A stretch of DNA of 64,000 nucleotides from Gemmatimonadota bacterium (lineage in GTDB: Bacteria; Gemmatimonadota; Gemmatimonadetes; Gemmatimonadales; GWC2-71-9): assembly GCA_039586365.1 (NCBI GenBank), contig JBDHKN010000007.1:30358-94357 (forward strand), read 5' to 3'. Within the stretch, counting starts at the first letter, position 1. Every line of letters starts with the position of its first letter. Made by a program: the position numbers and the translations under genes. The notes under the pieces were generated by a model that saw nothing but the letters and a program-made list of their open reading frames with translations, had not been told where the DNA came from and ran no database searches. Shown here piece by piece: positions 20,556 to 31,416 of the stretch.

Positions 20556-21617
20556 CTACCGAACAGGCTTGATCCGGCTCACCATCCCTACCGGTTCGCC
20601 CTCGCTCACCGGGGGTGTATCCACCACATAGTTCACGACGCCCGCGAAGGGTGCTCTGATCTCTTGGATTGGCTCGCCAAAGAAATCGATCAAAAGCCCC
20701 AATAGTCCACCTTCGGCAATAGCGTATCCGTCCCGAACCTTGGCCTGAAATATCCCAGTTGCAGGACTCCGGATCACCTCATAGTCTTCGAGCCAGACTA
20801 TCTCGCCCGGAATGGTCACCTGCCCTGCTACCATATCTAGGTAGTGCAACACGTTCCAGACTCCCCGCACTGCCATATCTACCCAGACGGGATCATTCGA
20901 TCCCAGGCGCCCGGTTTCCGTGGTGATTCCAGGCTTCCCCCGGGTGAGCGCAGTGTTTGATGTGTAGACAGAGGCGTTGGCATCCTGTGGTCGGTCGCCA
21001 TCGATCACGATGTGATCCAAGCCAAACGCAACCACTAGACCTTTGGTCGCCGAATCGAGTTGTGCATTTCCACTAACCATCCAGTAACAGTACGGCCTGA
21101 GCGCCTCATTGCCGTCTCCGCCATGCATGTCGATCACGTAATCGGCCCGATCGATCACTTCCGTGGTGATAGCGTATGCGATACGATCGCTCACGGTCCC
21201 GTTGGAGTCCCCTGGGTATACCCGATTCAGGTTCTTCCCATCCACTGGGCTGTAGTAGATCGTCCGCTGCAGAAACGATGGCATGTTGGCGATGTGCACC
21301 ATGATGACAGTGCCGGAGAGTTCTGCTGGATCAATGTGCTTACGCACTTGCTGCAGGGCAGTAATCGGAGGATACTCATAGCCGTGTGTGCCTGCAATGA
21401 GAGCGAGCACAGGACCAGGACGGGCACCATGCACCACAGTAACGGGTATCTTGGCCCCCTCGTCGACTCCCCTGGGAACTTCGATGAAACCTGATACCTT
21501 TTCACCAACGCTGGCTCGAATCGGCCCTACGCTAAAGGCCTGTGGCCGCTGCGCATGCACCGGGTGGAGCCCGAACAGCAGACCCGACAACAGTAGCCAT
21601 CCAATGTGCCTTTTCAC
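20556..21617 (-). CDS. M14 succinylglutamate desuccinylase/aspartoacylase family protein, exported
   Basis: GTHGYE, NLNR, DMHGG, ETG, C-terminal barrel-sandwich hybrid. Likely GTG start at 21617; the ORF extends to 21644. Confidence 0.88.
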   Translation of the reverse strand: MKRHIGWLLLSGLLFGLHPVHAQRPQAFSVGPIRASVGEKVSGFIEVPRGVDEGAKIPVTVVHGARPGPVLALIAGTHGYEYPPITALQQVRKHIDPAELSGTVIMVHIANMPSFLQRTIYYSPVDGKNLNRVYPGDSNGTVSDRIAYAITTEVIDRADYVIDMHGGDGNEALRPYCYWMVSGNAQLDSATKGLVVAFGLDHIVIDGDRPQDANASVYTSNTALTRGKPGITTETGRLGSNDPVWVDMAVRGVWNVLHYLDMVAGQVTIPGEIVWLEDYEVIRSPATGIFQAKVRDGYAIAEGGLLGLLIDFFGEPIQEIRAPFAGVVNYVVDTPPVSEGEPVGMVSRIKPVR

Positions 21618-21740
21618 TTTCTCTCTCCCCGTGCGACTCTTCATGGTCGGCTGATATGTTTTGAGCAGACGTGACCATCAGCCACGCGCTGTAAGATGGG
21701 GCAGGAATGCTCACCACGCGACAAGTAGGATGGTGAACTC

Positions 21741-23183
21741 ATGGTCAACCCAGAAGAAAGACGCGCCGAGTCGAAAACGCAACGTCACCTCCTAGTCGGC
21801 CTTGGGATTCCATCCGTGGTAGCCTTGGCGATCTGGTTCGTACCACCACCGAGGGGAGTGGAGCCGGCGGCGATGCATCTTCTGGCTATCTTCGCTGCCA
21901 CAATCACCGGCATCATCCTTCAGCCCATCCCAATGGGTGCCGTGGCGATTTTGGGTATCACCGCAACTGCTGCCACTCATACCCTCTCCATTGATGAAGC
22001 CTTGACTGGATTCGGCAACCGAGTGATCTGGCTGATCGTGCTGGCGTTCTTCATCTCGCGTGGCTTCATCAAGACGGGTCTGGGAGCCCGGATCGCCTAT
22101 CTGTTCATGGCGTGGCTCGGCCGGCGGACTCTTGGACTTGGCTACGGACTCATTGCCACGGACTTGGTGTTGGCTCCCGCAATACCGAGCAACACGGCTC
22201 GTGCCGGCGGAGTGATCTTTCCAATCCTACAATCGGTGGCTCGAGCCTATGAGAGCCGTCCCGATGATGGAACTGCTCGTCGTATCGGTGCATTCCTGAC
22301 CAAGGCATCGTATCAAGGGACGGTCATTACCAGCGCGATGTTCCTTACAGCCATGGCCGCCAATCCGCTTGCGGCCCAGCTGGCTGGAGATCAGGGCGTG
22401 CAAATCAGTTGGACGGTCTGGGCAATTGCCGCGCTGATTCCGGGCCTTGCCAGTCTCTCTCTCGTGCCGTACCTGATCTACAAGATTTATCCGCCTGAGA
22501 TCGGAGAGACACCGGAAGCAGCGGAGCTGGCGAAGGATAGACTCCGTGAGATGGGACCGGTGCAACGTGACGAATGGGTCATGTTGAGCTGCTTCGTGCT
22601 CCTCCTAACTCTGTGGGTACTCGGTGAGCAACTGTCGCTACACAGCACCGTGACGGCGATGGTAGGCTTGGCAGTCTTGCTGGTGACGGGCGTTCTCAGG
22701 TGGGACGATGTGCTGAACGAAACAGGCGCTTGGAACACGCTCGTGTGGTTTTCTGCCTTGGTGATGATGGCGTCGTTCCTCACCAAACTCGGCCTGATTC
22801 CATGGTTCAGTACCGCCGTCGGAACAGCGTTCGGCGGTGTCGGATGGCTCACTGCATTCGTGGCCTTGAGCCTCATTTACTTCTACAGCCACTACTTTTT
22901 CGCCAGCAACACCGCCCACGTCAGTGCCATGTATGCACCGTTTCTCGGCGTTGCTCTTGCCGTTGGCACCCCGCCGCTATTGGCTGCATTGGTACTGGGC
23001 TTCTTCAGTAACCTGTTCAGTAGCATGACCCACTATGGCACAGGACCGGCACCGGTGCTGTTCGGCGCCGGCTACGTGAAGATCGCTGACTGGTGGAGAG
23101 TCGGCGTGATTGTCAGCCTGGTCAATGTGGTCATATGGCTTGGCCTCGGCGGCCTCTGGTGGAAGGTTCTTGGTTACTGGTAG
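21741..23183 (+). CDS. DASS family (CitT/2-oxoglutarate-malate translocator-like) anion permease
   Basis: PSNTARAGG, MFLTAMAANP, HYFFASNTAH, THYGTGPAP; many TM helices. Confidence 0.94.
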   Translation: MVNPEERRAESKTQRHLLVGLGIPSVVALAIWFVPPPRGVEPAAMHLLAIFAATITGIILQPIPMGAVAILGITATAATHTLSIDEALTGFGNRVIWLIVLAFFISRGFIKTGLGARIAYLFMAWLGRRTLGLGYGLIATDLVLAPAIPSNTARAGGVIFPILQSVARAYESRPDDGTARRIGAFLTKASYQGTVITSAMFLTAMAANPLAAQLAGDQGVQISWTVWAIAALIPGLASLSLVPYLIYKIYPPEIGETPEAAELAKDRLREMGPVQRDEWVMLSCFVLLLTLWVLGEQLSLHSTVTAMVGLAVLLVTGVLRWDDVLNETGAWNTLVWFSALVMMASFLTKLGLIPWFSTAVGTAFGGVGWLTAFVALSLIYFYSHYFFASNTAHVSAMYAPFLGVALAVGTPPLLAALVLGFFSNLFSSMTHYGTGPAPVLFGAGYVKIADWWRVGVIVSLVNVVIWLGLGGLWWKVLGYW

Positions 23184-23246
23184 GATCAAATGTGTTGCCG
23201 CGGTGAACTCAAGGCGTGGACGATTGGCTGACGAGCTCGACTCTCC

Positions 23247-23275
23247 TTGACGCACGGCCAGCAACTGTCGAGAAT
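23247..23275 (+). promoter_or_regulatory. Putative sigma70 promoter of the cyclophilin gene
   Basis: TTGACG-N17-GAGAAT, followed by a GGAG RBS and ATG 23307. Confidence 0.4.
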
Positions 23276-23306
23276 GCACGGTCTATCCTAACCGGAGATG
23301 TAGAAT

Positions 23307-23921
23307 ATGCGGAGTTCCGTAGGTGCGATAACACTAATGTCTTTGGCCTTCACCGCAGCGTGTGTCAGTGACCGTACGGAGGAAGCGGACGAAGCAACTG
23401 CTACGGCGGAACCGGCGGCCACGGATTGCGGAGGAGGAGCTTCGAACGAGGTCGTGTTTTCCACCAGCATGGGCGATATCACTCTTGAACTCTATCCCGA
23501 ACAGGCACCCATCACGGTGGAGAATTTCCTGGCCTATGTAGAATCCTGTTTCTATGACGGCACAATCATCCACCGTGTTGCCCCTGGCTTCGTCATCCAG
23601 GGCGGCGGATTCACACCGGAGATGCAGCGGAAAGCCACGCGTCCACCGATCCAGAACGAAGCAGACAACGGATTGAAGAACGTGCGGGGGTCTCTCTCCA
23701 TGGCCCGTACTGTGGCCGTCAATGGCGCCACTTCACAGTTCTTCATTAACGTCGCGGACAACGAGGTGCTCGATCACGGCGTGCGTGATTTCGGCTATGC
23801 GGTGTTCGCGCGAGTAACTGAAGGAATGGACGTCGTTGACGAGATCGCAGCTGTCCGGACCGGAGCCGGCAGCGAAACACCAATAGAGCCGGTTGTCATC
23901 AGGTCGGCGAGACGTAAATAG
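23307..23921 (+). CDS. ppiA: Cyclophilin-type peptidyl-prolyl isomerase, lipoprotein
   Basis: [46 protein letters not shown] lipobox. Confidence 0.93.
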   Translation: MRSSVGAITLMSLAFTAACVSDRTEEADEATATAEPAATDCGGGASNEVVFSTSMGDITLELYPEQAPITVENFLAYVESCFYDGTIIHRVAPGFVIQGGGFTPEMQRKATRPPIQNEADNGLKNVRGSLSMARTVAVNGATSQFFINVADNEVLDHGVRDFGYAVFARVTEGMDVVDEIAAVRTGAGSETPIEPVVIRSARRK

Positions 23922-23958
23922 GCACTGTCGTTCCGAACTCAGCGTTGACTCATGGTGC

Positions 23959-23986
23959 AACGGGCGGCCCCACTAAGCCGCCCGTT
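23959..23986. terminator. Stem-loop between convergent genes (probable bidirectional terminator)
   Basis: Perfect 10-bp stem AACGGGCGGC-N8-GCCGCCCGTT. Confidence 0.65.
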
Positions 23987-24032
23987 CACACACTATTTCA
24001 GTGCCTAATAGTCACTAGAACTCCCTACCTTC

Positions 24033-25574
24033 TCACCGCGCAGTCCTGGGATAATCGTCGATATCCTCCAGGCTCCATGCGATGAAGCTCCGCAGGTCGT
24101 TGTTCGCGTTGGCGAGGTCCGGCTTCCGGAGATACATCATGTGACCACTCTCATACCAGGAAAACCGGAAGCGATCCCGGAACTCTCCACCGGGCTGAAT
24201 GTGAGAGATCGTGTAGACGGCGCTGTAGTAGTCGGTGGCGGCGTCGTAGTATCCCCCCTGGATCATGACCTTGAGATACGGGTTGTCCCGCATAGCTTGG
24301 CGGAGCATCTCTCCAACGTTGACCCCTTGGTCCCGGTTCCAGGGCCGCACGCTACCCCAAACATTGTACTCGAGGTCTGGGTTGTAGTTGAGTTCTTCCC
24401 GGAGATAGCGGTTCACAGCATCCGAGAACGGGCCATTCCAGTCCGACATGGCCGGATCATATTCGGGATTCTCCCCGGCAGCATCCTTGTCCACCCCAAT
24501 GTAGCGGCTGTCAAGGCGCCCCACTGTGAGGCGCTGATCGCGTAACAGTTCTTTCCAGAAGCGTCGCGAGTCGATGCGAAGGTTCGCGGAGAGCACGTAG
24601 TCTGAGGTGAGGCCGGTGTACTGAGCCACTCTCCGAGCAATCTCGTCGCGCTCAGCGTCCTCTAGCCGGTCGCCCTTCACCAAGGCCTGTAAGTAATCAC
24701 TCATGGCAAAGGTCTCCACCTCGTCCAGGAAGTCCCGGATGGCCCGAGATTGGAACTCACCGGAGAGCTGACCGTGGTACCAAGCCGTGGCGGCACGCTG
24801 AGGGAGGGACGTGGCGTAGGAGATATCCGGCCCGCGGTCCACGTCCAGCCCTGTCATAGAGACCAGGATGACCCCGTTCAAGAAGATGCGGTGCTGGCTA
24901 AGTAGGTAGCCGGCAAGCCCAGACGCACGAGTCGTCCCGTAGCTCTCCCCGATCAGGAATTTGGGAGACATCCACCGGTCCTTGCGGAGAATGTAGAGAC
25001 GAATGAACTCTGCCACAGATTGAATGTCAGTCACCGTTCCGTGATACTTGTGAAGTTCCTCTCCCTCCAGCATGCGGCTGAAACCGGTAGCTATCGGATC
25101 AATGTAGACTATGTCCGCCACGTCCAGGATCGAGTGCGGGTTGTCTTCTAGGTTGCCAGGAGGCCGCAGCGCGAACCCGTCATCATCGTAGACGACCCTC
25201 CGCGGGCCGGTGTAGCCAATGTGCATCCAGACAGAGGCGGTTCCCGGGCCGCCGTTGAATGAGAATACCAACGGCCGGGTATTCAGATCGTCGATACCGT
25301 CACGGGTATACGCGATGTAAAACATCTTGGCGGTCACCTTGCCGTCGTCGCGGATCGGGAGCCAACCAGCTTCGGCGGCGTAGCTGACGGTCTGCCCGCC
25401 GATGCGGGTGCTGTGTTGGGTCACGACCGGCTCATCCGGCAGTAACTCCGCTTCCTTGCCCGCCTTACCCGCCGCGGGCGGTGGGGGGCTGGTGGGCTGC
25501 TGTGCCAATGTGGGAATGGGCCACAACGCAAACGCACAGATGATGAGCGCAGAGAGAACGCTTCGGTTCCTCAT
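24033..25574 (-). CDS. S10 family serine carboxypeptidase, exported
   Basis: FNGGPG, IDPIATGFS, GESYG, GYYD, SGHMMY; GGAGG RBS before ATG 25574; signal peptide. Confidence 0.92.
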   Translation of the reverse strand: MRNRSVLSALIICAFALWPIPTLAQQPTSPPPPAAGKAGKEAELLPDEPVVTQHSTRIGGQTVSYAAEAGWLPIRDDGKVTAKMFYIAYTRDGIDDLNTRPLVFSFNGGPGTASVWMHIGYTGPRRVVYDDDGFALRPPGNLEDNPHSILDVADIVYIDPIATGFSRMLEGEELHKYHGTVTDIQSVAEFIRLYILRKDRWMSPKFLIGESYGTTRASGLAGYLLSQHRIFLNGVILVSMTGLDVDRGPDISYATSLPQRAATAWYHGQLSGEFQSRAIRDFLDEVETFAMSDYLQALVKGDRLEDAERDEIARRVAQYTGLTSDYVLSANLRIDSRRFWKELLRDQRLTVGRLDSRYIGVDKDAAGENPEYDPAMSDWNGPFSDAVNRYLREELNYNPDLEYNVWGSVRPWNRDQGVNVGEMLRQAMRDNPYLKVMIQGGYYDAATDYYSAVYTISHIQPGGEFRDRFRFSWYESGHMMYLRKPDLANANNDLRSFIAWSLEDIDDYPRTAR

Positions 25575-25835
25575 CAGTTTCCTCCAGGCAACGGTAGGTG
25601 GGGCGGGACGGGTGCTGCCGCACGCAGCTCGAGCGCCCGGCGACCCCAAACCTCGGAGCCCGTCCCAAGAGTCGTGATAAGTCTAACCGCACCGCCCCAG
25701 CACGCGAGGGTCCGCACCAGTCCCATGGACAGCCCCCACGCTCATCGCGATACTTGAGATGGGACCATCGAGATATCTATCTTGGACAAGACCTGTCCTG
25801 ATTACAGCGCTCCTCAGCAGCCACACACAACAAGG

Positions 25836-28181
25836 ATGACTATGCGATATCGTGCGTTGTTACTCGCCATGCTCGCCGTCGCTTCCCCAGCCGTCGCCCA
25901 GGAGGCATCACGGCAGGGAGCCCGGCGAGCCGTCACTGCTACCGACTACGCCCGCGCCGAGAAGTTCTTGCGCGCCAATACGAACCCTTTGGTTTTCGGG
26001 GCGACGGTCCGCCCGACCTGGCTCACAGACGACCGCTTCTGGTATGGGAACCAGATGTCGGAGGGAACCGAGTTCGTCCTCGTGGATCCGAGGACGCGCA
26101 CACGGGTGCGAGCTTTTGACCACGTCAGGTTGGCTGCAGCTCTCTCAGCAGAGTCGGACACGACGTACGATGCCTTCCACCTGCCATTCACCGAATTCGC
26201 GTTCTCGGCGGACGGCCGGTCGATCGAGTTCGACGTCGGACCCCGTCACTTCACCTGCGACGTGCAGGGCAACCAGTGCACCGCTGACCAGCTTCACCGC
26301 CCCAGGTCAGACCGCAACGTTGTGCTCTCACCTGATAGCGCGACGGCCGCTTTCATCCGCGACCATAACCTGTGGGTGCGCGATCTCGCTACCGGTAGCG
26401 AGACCCAGCTCACCGTTGATGGGGTGGAGGATTTCGGCTACGCTACAAACAACGCTGGGTGGACCAAGAGTGACCGGCCGGTCCTCCTCTGGTCACCTGA
26501 CTCGAAGAAGATCGCCACGTTCCAGCATGACGGCCGGGGTGTGGGAGAGATGTACCTGGTTACGACCGAGGTGGGGCACCCGACGCTGGAGGCCTGGAAG
26601 TACCCACTCCCGGAGGACAGTGTCATTTTCCGGATCCATCGGGTAGTGATCCATCTCGATGGCCCTCGTGTTGTCCCTCTCCAGATGCCGCCTGATCAGC
26701 ACCGCTCAACCATCTGCGACCACATCGCTTGCCGAGGCGCGGGATTCTCTGACGTCGAATGGAGCCCAGATGCCTCCCAGCTCGCGTTTGTTTCCACATC
26801 GCGTGACCACAAGCACGAGGTTCTCCGAGTTGCCGATCCCGAGACGGGCTTGGTGCGCGACGTTATGGAGGAAACGGTGGAGACCTTCTTCGAGTCCGGG
26901 TTCAACATGGTCAACTGGCACTTTCTCCCAGGATCGAACGAAGTGATCTGGTTTTCCCAACGCGACGACTGGGGACACCTGTACCTCTATGACCTAGCGA
27001 CCGGCCAGCTCAAGAACCGCATCACCAGCGGCGACTGGACAGTGCTTCAGCTTCTGCGGATCGATGAGGAGAACCGCAGGCTCTACTTCACTGCAGCGGG
27101 GCGCGAAGCCGGAGACCCGTACTTTCAATACCTCTACAGCGTTCAGATGGACGGAAGGAACCTCACTCTGCTCACCCCGGACAGCGCGAACCACACCATT
27201 ACGTTGTCTCCTTCCGGTCGGTACTTCGTCGATAGCTACTCCACGCCGGTTGTACCTCCAGTCACAGTGGTCCGAGACACCCGGGGCCGGTCCAGGCTCA
27301 CTGTGGAAGAGGCCGACATCTCGCGCCTTGTGGCCAGCGGATGGCAACCGCCGATTCCCATCACGGTAAAGGCCCGTGACGGCACGACCGATCTCTACGG
27401 ATTGATGTACCAGCCAACGAACTTCGATCCCAACCAGAAGTACCCGATCGTCAACTACATCTACCCTGGACCGCAGACGGGAAGCGTGGGGAGTCGCAGC
27501 TTCAATCCATCACGGGGTGACAAGCAGTCGATAGCCGAACTGGGCTTCGTTGTCGTTGAGATTGACGCCATGGGGACGCCGATGCGCTCGAAATCCTTTC
27601 ACGCCGCGTATTACGGCGACATGGGTGACAATGGACTCCCCGATCAGATCGCCGGGATGAAGGAACTGGCCCGGCGCCACCCCTGGCTCGACATTGATCG
27701 CGTGGGAATCTACGGACATTCCGGTGGCGGATTCGCCTCAACCGATGCTATTCTCCGCTACCCCGACTTCTTCGATGTGGCGGTCTCGGGGGCAGGAAAC
27801 CACGACAACCGGAACTACGAGGATGACTGGGGAGAGAAGTGGCAGGGGCTGCTCGAGACCTACCCCGATGGTACCACCAATTATGACAACCAGGCCAACC
27901 AGTTATTGGCCGAGAACCTCAAGGGCAAGCTCCTCGTCGCTCACGGCACGATGGACAGCAACGTTCCGCCGTACAACACCCTGGTCGTGGTGGACGCGTT
28001 GATCGCCGCCAACAAGGACTTTGATCTGATCCTCTTCCCCAACCGTGGCCACGGGTTCGGCAGCGAACCTTACATGATGCGGCGCCGCTGGGATTACTTC
28101 GTGCGCCATCTATTGGGTGCCGAACCGCCAGAGGAATACCAGTTTCAGGTGGATGCAACACCAAGAAGGCCACCCATGTAG
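25836..28181 (+). CDS. S9B dipeptidyl-peptidase IV family protein, exported
   Basis: DPPIV N-terminal propeller, YPGP, GHSGGG, DSNV, GHGF; signal peptide. Start at 25836 or 25842. Confidence 0.92.
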   Translation: MTMRYRALLLAMLAVASPAVAQEASRQGARRAVTATDYARAEKFLRANTNPLVFGATVRPTWLTDDRFWYGNQMSEGTEFVLVDPRTRTRVRAFDHVRLAAALSAESDTTYDAFHLPFTEFAFSADGRSIEFDVGPRHFTCDVQGNQCTADQLHRPRSDRNVVLSPDSATAAFIRDHNLWVRDLATGSETQLTVDGVEDFGYATNNAGWTKSDRPVLLWSPDSKKIATFQHDGRGVGEMYLVTTEVGHPTLEAWKYPLPEDSVIFRIHRVVIHLDGPRVVPLQMPPDQHRSTICDHIACRGAGFSDVEWSPDASQLAFVSTSRDHKHEVLRVADPETGLVRDVMEETVETFFESGFNMVNWHFLPGSNEVIWFSQRDDWGHLYLYDLATGQLKNRITSGDWTVLQLLRIDEENRRLYFTAAGREAGDPYFQYLYSVQMDGRNLTLLTPDSANHTITLSPSGRYFVDSYSTPVVPPVTVVRDTRGRSRLTVEEADISRLVASGWQPPIPITVKARDGTTDLYGLMYQPTNFDPNQKYPIVNYIYPGPQTGSVGSRSFNPSRGDKQSIAELGFVVVEIDAMGTPMRSKSFHAAYYGDMGDNGLPDQIAGMKELARRHPWLDIDRVGIYGHSGGGFASTDAILRYPDFFDVAVSGAGNHDNRNYEDDWGEKWQGLLETYPDGTTNYDNQANQLLAENLKGKLLVAHGTMDSNVPPYNTLVVVDALIAANKDFDLILFPNRGHGFGSEPYMMRRRWDYFVRHLLGAEPPEEYQFQVDATPRRPPM

Positions 28182-28326
28182 TCTCAGGCCACAATGAACC
28201 GGGGGTGAGTGACGCATTCATGGCGATATTCGAGAGGTCGGACCAGCTCTCGGAGGGCGATGGACTGTGACGATACCAATTCAACGGATTTGATGTGCTG
28301 AAACGATCAGAGATGGTCGAGCGTAG

Positions 28327-28602
28327 CTAGCCAGCACTCCGGAAATACATCAGCCCGAAGAGCACGAAGGCCAACAATCCGAGGCCTACAGCAAGCACGA
28401 CCACTGCGGCCCTCTGTCTGAGTTGACCTGCGCCCGCCCTCATCCCCACGATCCGGATGGCCTGCTGAACATCCTTGGCGTCAATCCTCGGGTGACGGTC
28501 CTGGAACTCTTCGATCAGGCACTCGAGTTCTCTCGCCAGTTCCTGCGCCTCCAATGTCGCCTGAGGTGGAGGCACATAGGTAGTGGGAGGAATGAACGTC
28601 AT
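28327..28602 (-). CDS. Small hypothetical protein with a single C-terminal TM helix
   Basis: Helical acidic N-terminal part (ELARELECLIEEFQDRHP) and a hydrophobic C-terminal segment; GGAG upstream of ATG 28602. Confidence 0.65.
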   Translation of the reverse strand: MTFIPPTTYVPPPQATLEAQELARELECLIEEFQDRHPRIDAKDVQQAIRIVGMRAGAGQLRQRAAVVVLAVGLGLLAFVLFGLMYFRSAG

Positions 28603-28778
28603 CCTGCACTCCAATCTTGCTGATGGGGACGTTTCGGGAGCCCGACCGTACTGCTCCCACATCTATAGCCTAGAGCCCGACATACCCGCGCCAGAAACGG
28701 AGTTCCCTCACATGTCAGATCGAATCCCACTAGTCGTCAGCCGCGTCCATCCATAACGATCAGCGTATCTCTGCAACT

Positions 28779-31205
28779 CTAAGCTGATGTCAAGGCAGAA
28801 ACCGGATCGACGCGAGTGACACGTTTCGCCGGAATGAAGCTCGCCAGGATTCCCGCACTCGCCAGAGTGAACAGGACCGTCCCGAACACCGCCGGATCGC
28901 GCGCGTTGACCTCGAACAGAATTATCTGCAGTCGACCGGCTGCGAGCACTGCGAGTGCGAGGCCGAGTCCAAGCCCGATCGCAAGTTGGACCGCGCCCTT
29001 TCTCATCACCAAGCCGACTAGCTGGCGACCCTGTGCACCCAAGGCCATGCGGACCCCCATCTCATGCGTGCGCTGCGCTACTGCGAATGACATCACTCCG
29101 TATAAGCCCACGGCTGCGAGGAACAGGGCTGAGAACCCAAATGCCATGAACAGCTTGCCAAACACCGAGAAGAAGAACGTCTGGCGGTCGATCACCCCTT
29201 CCATGGACATCACTTGGAAGATCGGCAGGTTGGGATCGATTGACGCCACGGCAGCCCGTACCTCTGCAGTCTTGGACATCGGTGGGCCCTGTGTCCGCAG
29301 CGCCAGGCTGACGAAGTTACCGACACCGCTCTGTGCAATCGGAATGTAGAACCCTGCGGGGCTCGCATCGTTGTTGCCGATGCCCTCCATGCGCATGTCG
29401 GGTACTACACCAACAACCGTCAACCAATGAGCCGTGGTGTCGCGCTGGCCCATACGAATGCGCCTGCCCAAGGCGTTTTCGTTTGCGAAGAACGTCCGCA
29501 CGAACGTCTCGTTGACAACGCAAACCGGAAGGGCCCCCTGGCGGTCGGCAAGGCCGAAGGCTCTGCCCTGCAGAACTTCCGTTTGGAAGGTGCGGAAGTA
29601 TCCCGGCGTTACGATGCCTTCCCGCGCCGTTGGGAAGTCATCATCCTCTGCATAGTCCTGTCCTTCGACTTCAAACACCCTGGCTCCGTTGCCTGAAGCG
29701 GGAAGGCCGTCAGAGAGTGTTGCCGCCTCGACACCTGGTATTGCTTCGAGCCGCGGCAACAGCTCCGCATAGAACTGCAGACGGCTCACGGTGTCTGGGT
29801 ATTCGACTTGGGGCAGGTTGATCCGCGCCGTGAACACGTTGTCAGTGGTGAATGGGAGGTCTACCGTTTTGAGCTGGGTGACGCTCTTGATCATCAGACC
29901 GGCGGCGATCAAGAGACCGCAGGATAGGGCAACCTCCGCAACGACCAAGCCTCCAGTCACTCTGCTCATCCGAAAACTCGATGAGCCACGATTCTCGTCC
30001 TTCAGCGCTTCGCCGACCTTGTTTCTGGTCGCCTGCAGCGCAGGAACAACACCTGAGGCCACCGCAGCTATGAGCGTCGCAGCGATTACGAACAACATCA
30101 CCCGGTGATCGAGATCGAACCGAATCCAGAATGGAGGCGGATTCACCTGTATCACCATCTTGAACCACTCGATCCCAAGTATGCCCAGACCGAGTCCCAG
30201 CACACCCCCGGCAAACGCCAGCACCAGGACTTCGGTCAGCAGCTGACTGATGACACGGATGCGGGCTGCGCCCAGCGCCGTTCTGACCGCAACTTCTCTT
30301 GTCCTGACGGATGTCCGGGCAATCAGAAGATTGGCAACATTTACACAAGCGATGAGCATCACACCCAACACCGCCCCCAGCATCGTGTACAGCAGGGCGT
30401 ACACCTGCGTGCCTATGAGCTCAGTGAACGGTCTGACGTCGGCACCAATACCATCGTTGCTCTCCGGATAGGCCTGCTCGAGTCGAGCCGCGATGGCAGC
30501 AATTTGGCTTCTGGCTTCCGCTACTGAAACGCCCTCTTTCAGGCGACCCACGAGGGGATACGCCGGACCTTCTCCTCTCGCATGCGCCGTGGGATCCAGC
30601 TCCAACGGCAGCCATACCTGCTCGTTGCCCGGAAACTCGAACCCCTCGGGCATGACACCGACGATGGTACGCGTTTCACCGTTGGCACGGAGGGTCCGGT
30701 TGAGGATATCGGGCGCACCTCCGAAGCGTTGTTGCCACAGTTCGTAGCCGATGATAATCACCGGCTCGGCTCCCGAGCGGGCTTCCTCCTCCCTAAACGT
30801 GCGACCTATTACAGGTTGCACCTTCAGTATCTCAAACATGTTGGGGGTGAATGTGCCACCCGTGAACCGTTCCGGCTGCCCCTCGGACCACGACAGATTC
30901 ACGGGACTGGTACGCCAGGCAGCTAGGTCCTCGAACGTCGTCTGCTGCTCCCTCCAATCGCCGTAGTCGTGGGTGCTCACACCCATGAACTCGATGTCGC
31001 GCGATGGATTGGTGCGACCCAACGACATGATCAGGTGGGAGTCCTCAAATGGGAGTCCCTTGTAGATCACTCCGTTCACTATGCTGAAGACCGTTGTCGT
31101 GAGTCCGACACCGAGGCCGAACGTGAGGACTACTATCGCCGTGAGACCAGGAGATTTCAGAGCCATCCTGAGACCAAAACGCAGGTCCTTAAGCAGCGCT
31201 CCCAT
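28779..31205 (-). CDS. Duplicated MacB/FtsX ABC permease (ADOP-type)
   Basis: 808 aa; DLRFGLR start, IACVNVANLLIAR...REVAVRTALGA, second repeat QRTHEMGVRMALGA, end PAKRVTRVDP..AL. Confidence 0.95.
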   Translation of the reverse strand: MGALLKDLRFGLRMALKSPGLTAIVVLTFGLGVGLTTTVFSIVNGVIYKGLPFEDSHLIMSLGRTNPSRDIEFMGVSTHDYGDWREQQTTFEDLAAWRTSPVNLSWSEGQPERFTGGTFTPNMFEILKVQPVIGRTFREEEARSGAEPVIIIGYELWQQRFGGAPDILNRTLRANGETRTIVGVMPEGFEFPGNEQVWLPLELDPTAHARGEGPAYPLVGRLKEGVSVAEARSQIAAIAARLEQAYPESNDGIGADVRPFTELIGTQVYALLYTMLGAVLGVMLIACVNVANLLIARTSVRTREVAVRTALGAARIRVISQLLTEVLVLAFAGGVLGLGLGILGIEWFKMVIQVNPPPFWIRFDLDHRVMLFVIAATLIAAVASGVVPALQATRNKVGEALKDENRGSSSFRMSRVTGGLVVAEVALSCGLLIAAGLMIKSVTQLKTVDLPFTTDNVFTARINLPQVEYPDTVSRLQFYAELLPRLEAIPGVEAATLSDGLPASGNGARVFEVEGQDYAEDDDFPTAREGIVTPGYFRTFQTEVLQGRAFGLADRQGALPVCVVNETFVRTFFANENALGRRIRMGQRDTTAHWLTVVGVVPDMRMEGIGNNDASPAGFYIPIAQSGVGNFVSLALRTQGPPMSKTAEVRAAVASIDPNLPIFQVMSMEGVIDRQTFFFSVFGKLFMAFGFSALFLAAVGLYGVMSFAVAQRTHEMGVRMALGAQGRQLVGLVMRKGAVQLAIGLGLGLALAVLAAGRLQIILFEVNARDPAVFGTVLFTLASAGILASFIPAKRVTRVDPVSALTSA

Positions 31206-31283
31206 TGGTCAACTCCAGGTTCGGGGAGAGGGAAGCCGCCACTTGGTATCTAGCTATAGAAGATAGTCAGTGGCATTGGACTC

Positions 31284-31310
31284 TACGGATGAAACGAACG
31301 TGTGGTTTCA
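31284..31310 (-). promoter_or_regulatory. Putative ECF-sigma promoter upstream of the stand-alone ADOP permease
   Basis: Minus strand TCC-TGAAAC-N17-CGTA, about 80 nt upstream of ATG 31205. Confidence 0.55.
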
Positions 31311-31416
31311 GGAGGCAACCATCCATGGCTCTGGTGCGGATCGTTCCTGATTGGAACGAGACCTATTCCTTGCCCGTGGGTCAAGCTCTGGACTCTTAGG
31401 GTGTCGGCGCAGTGAC

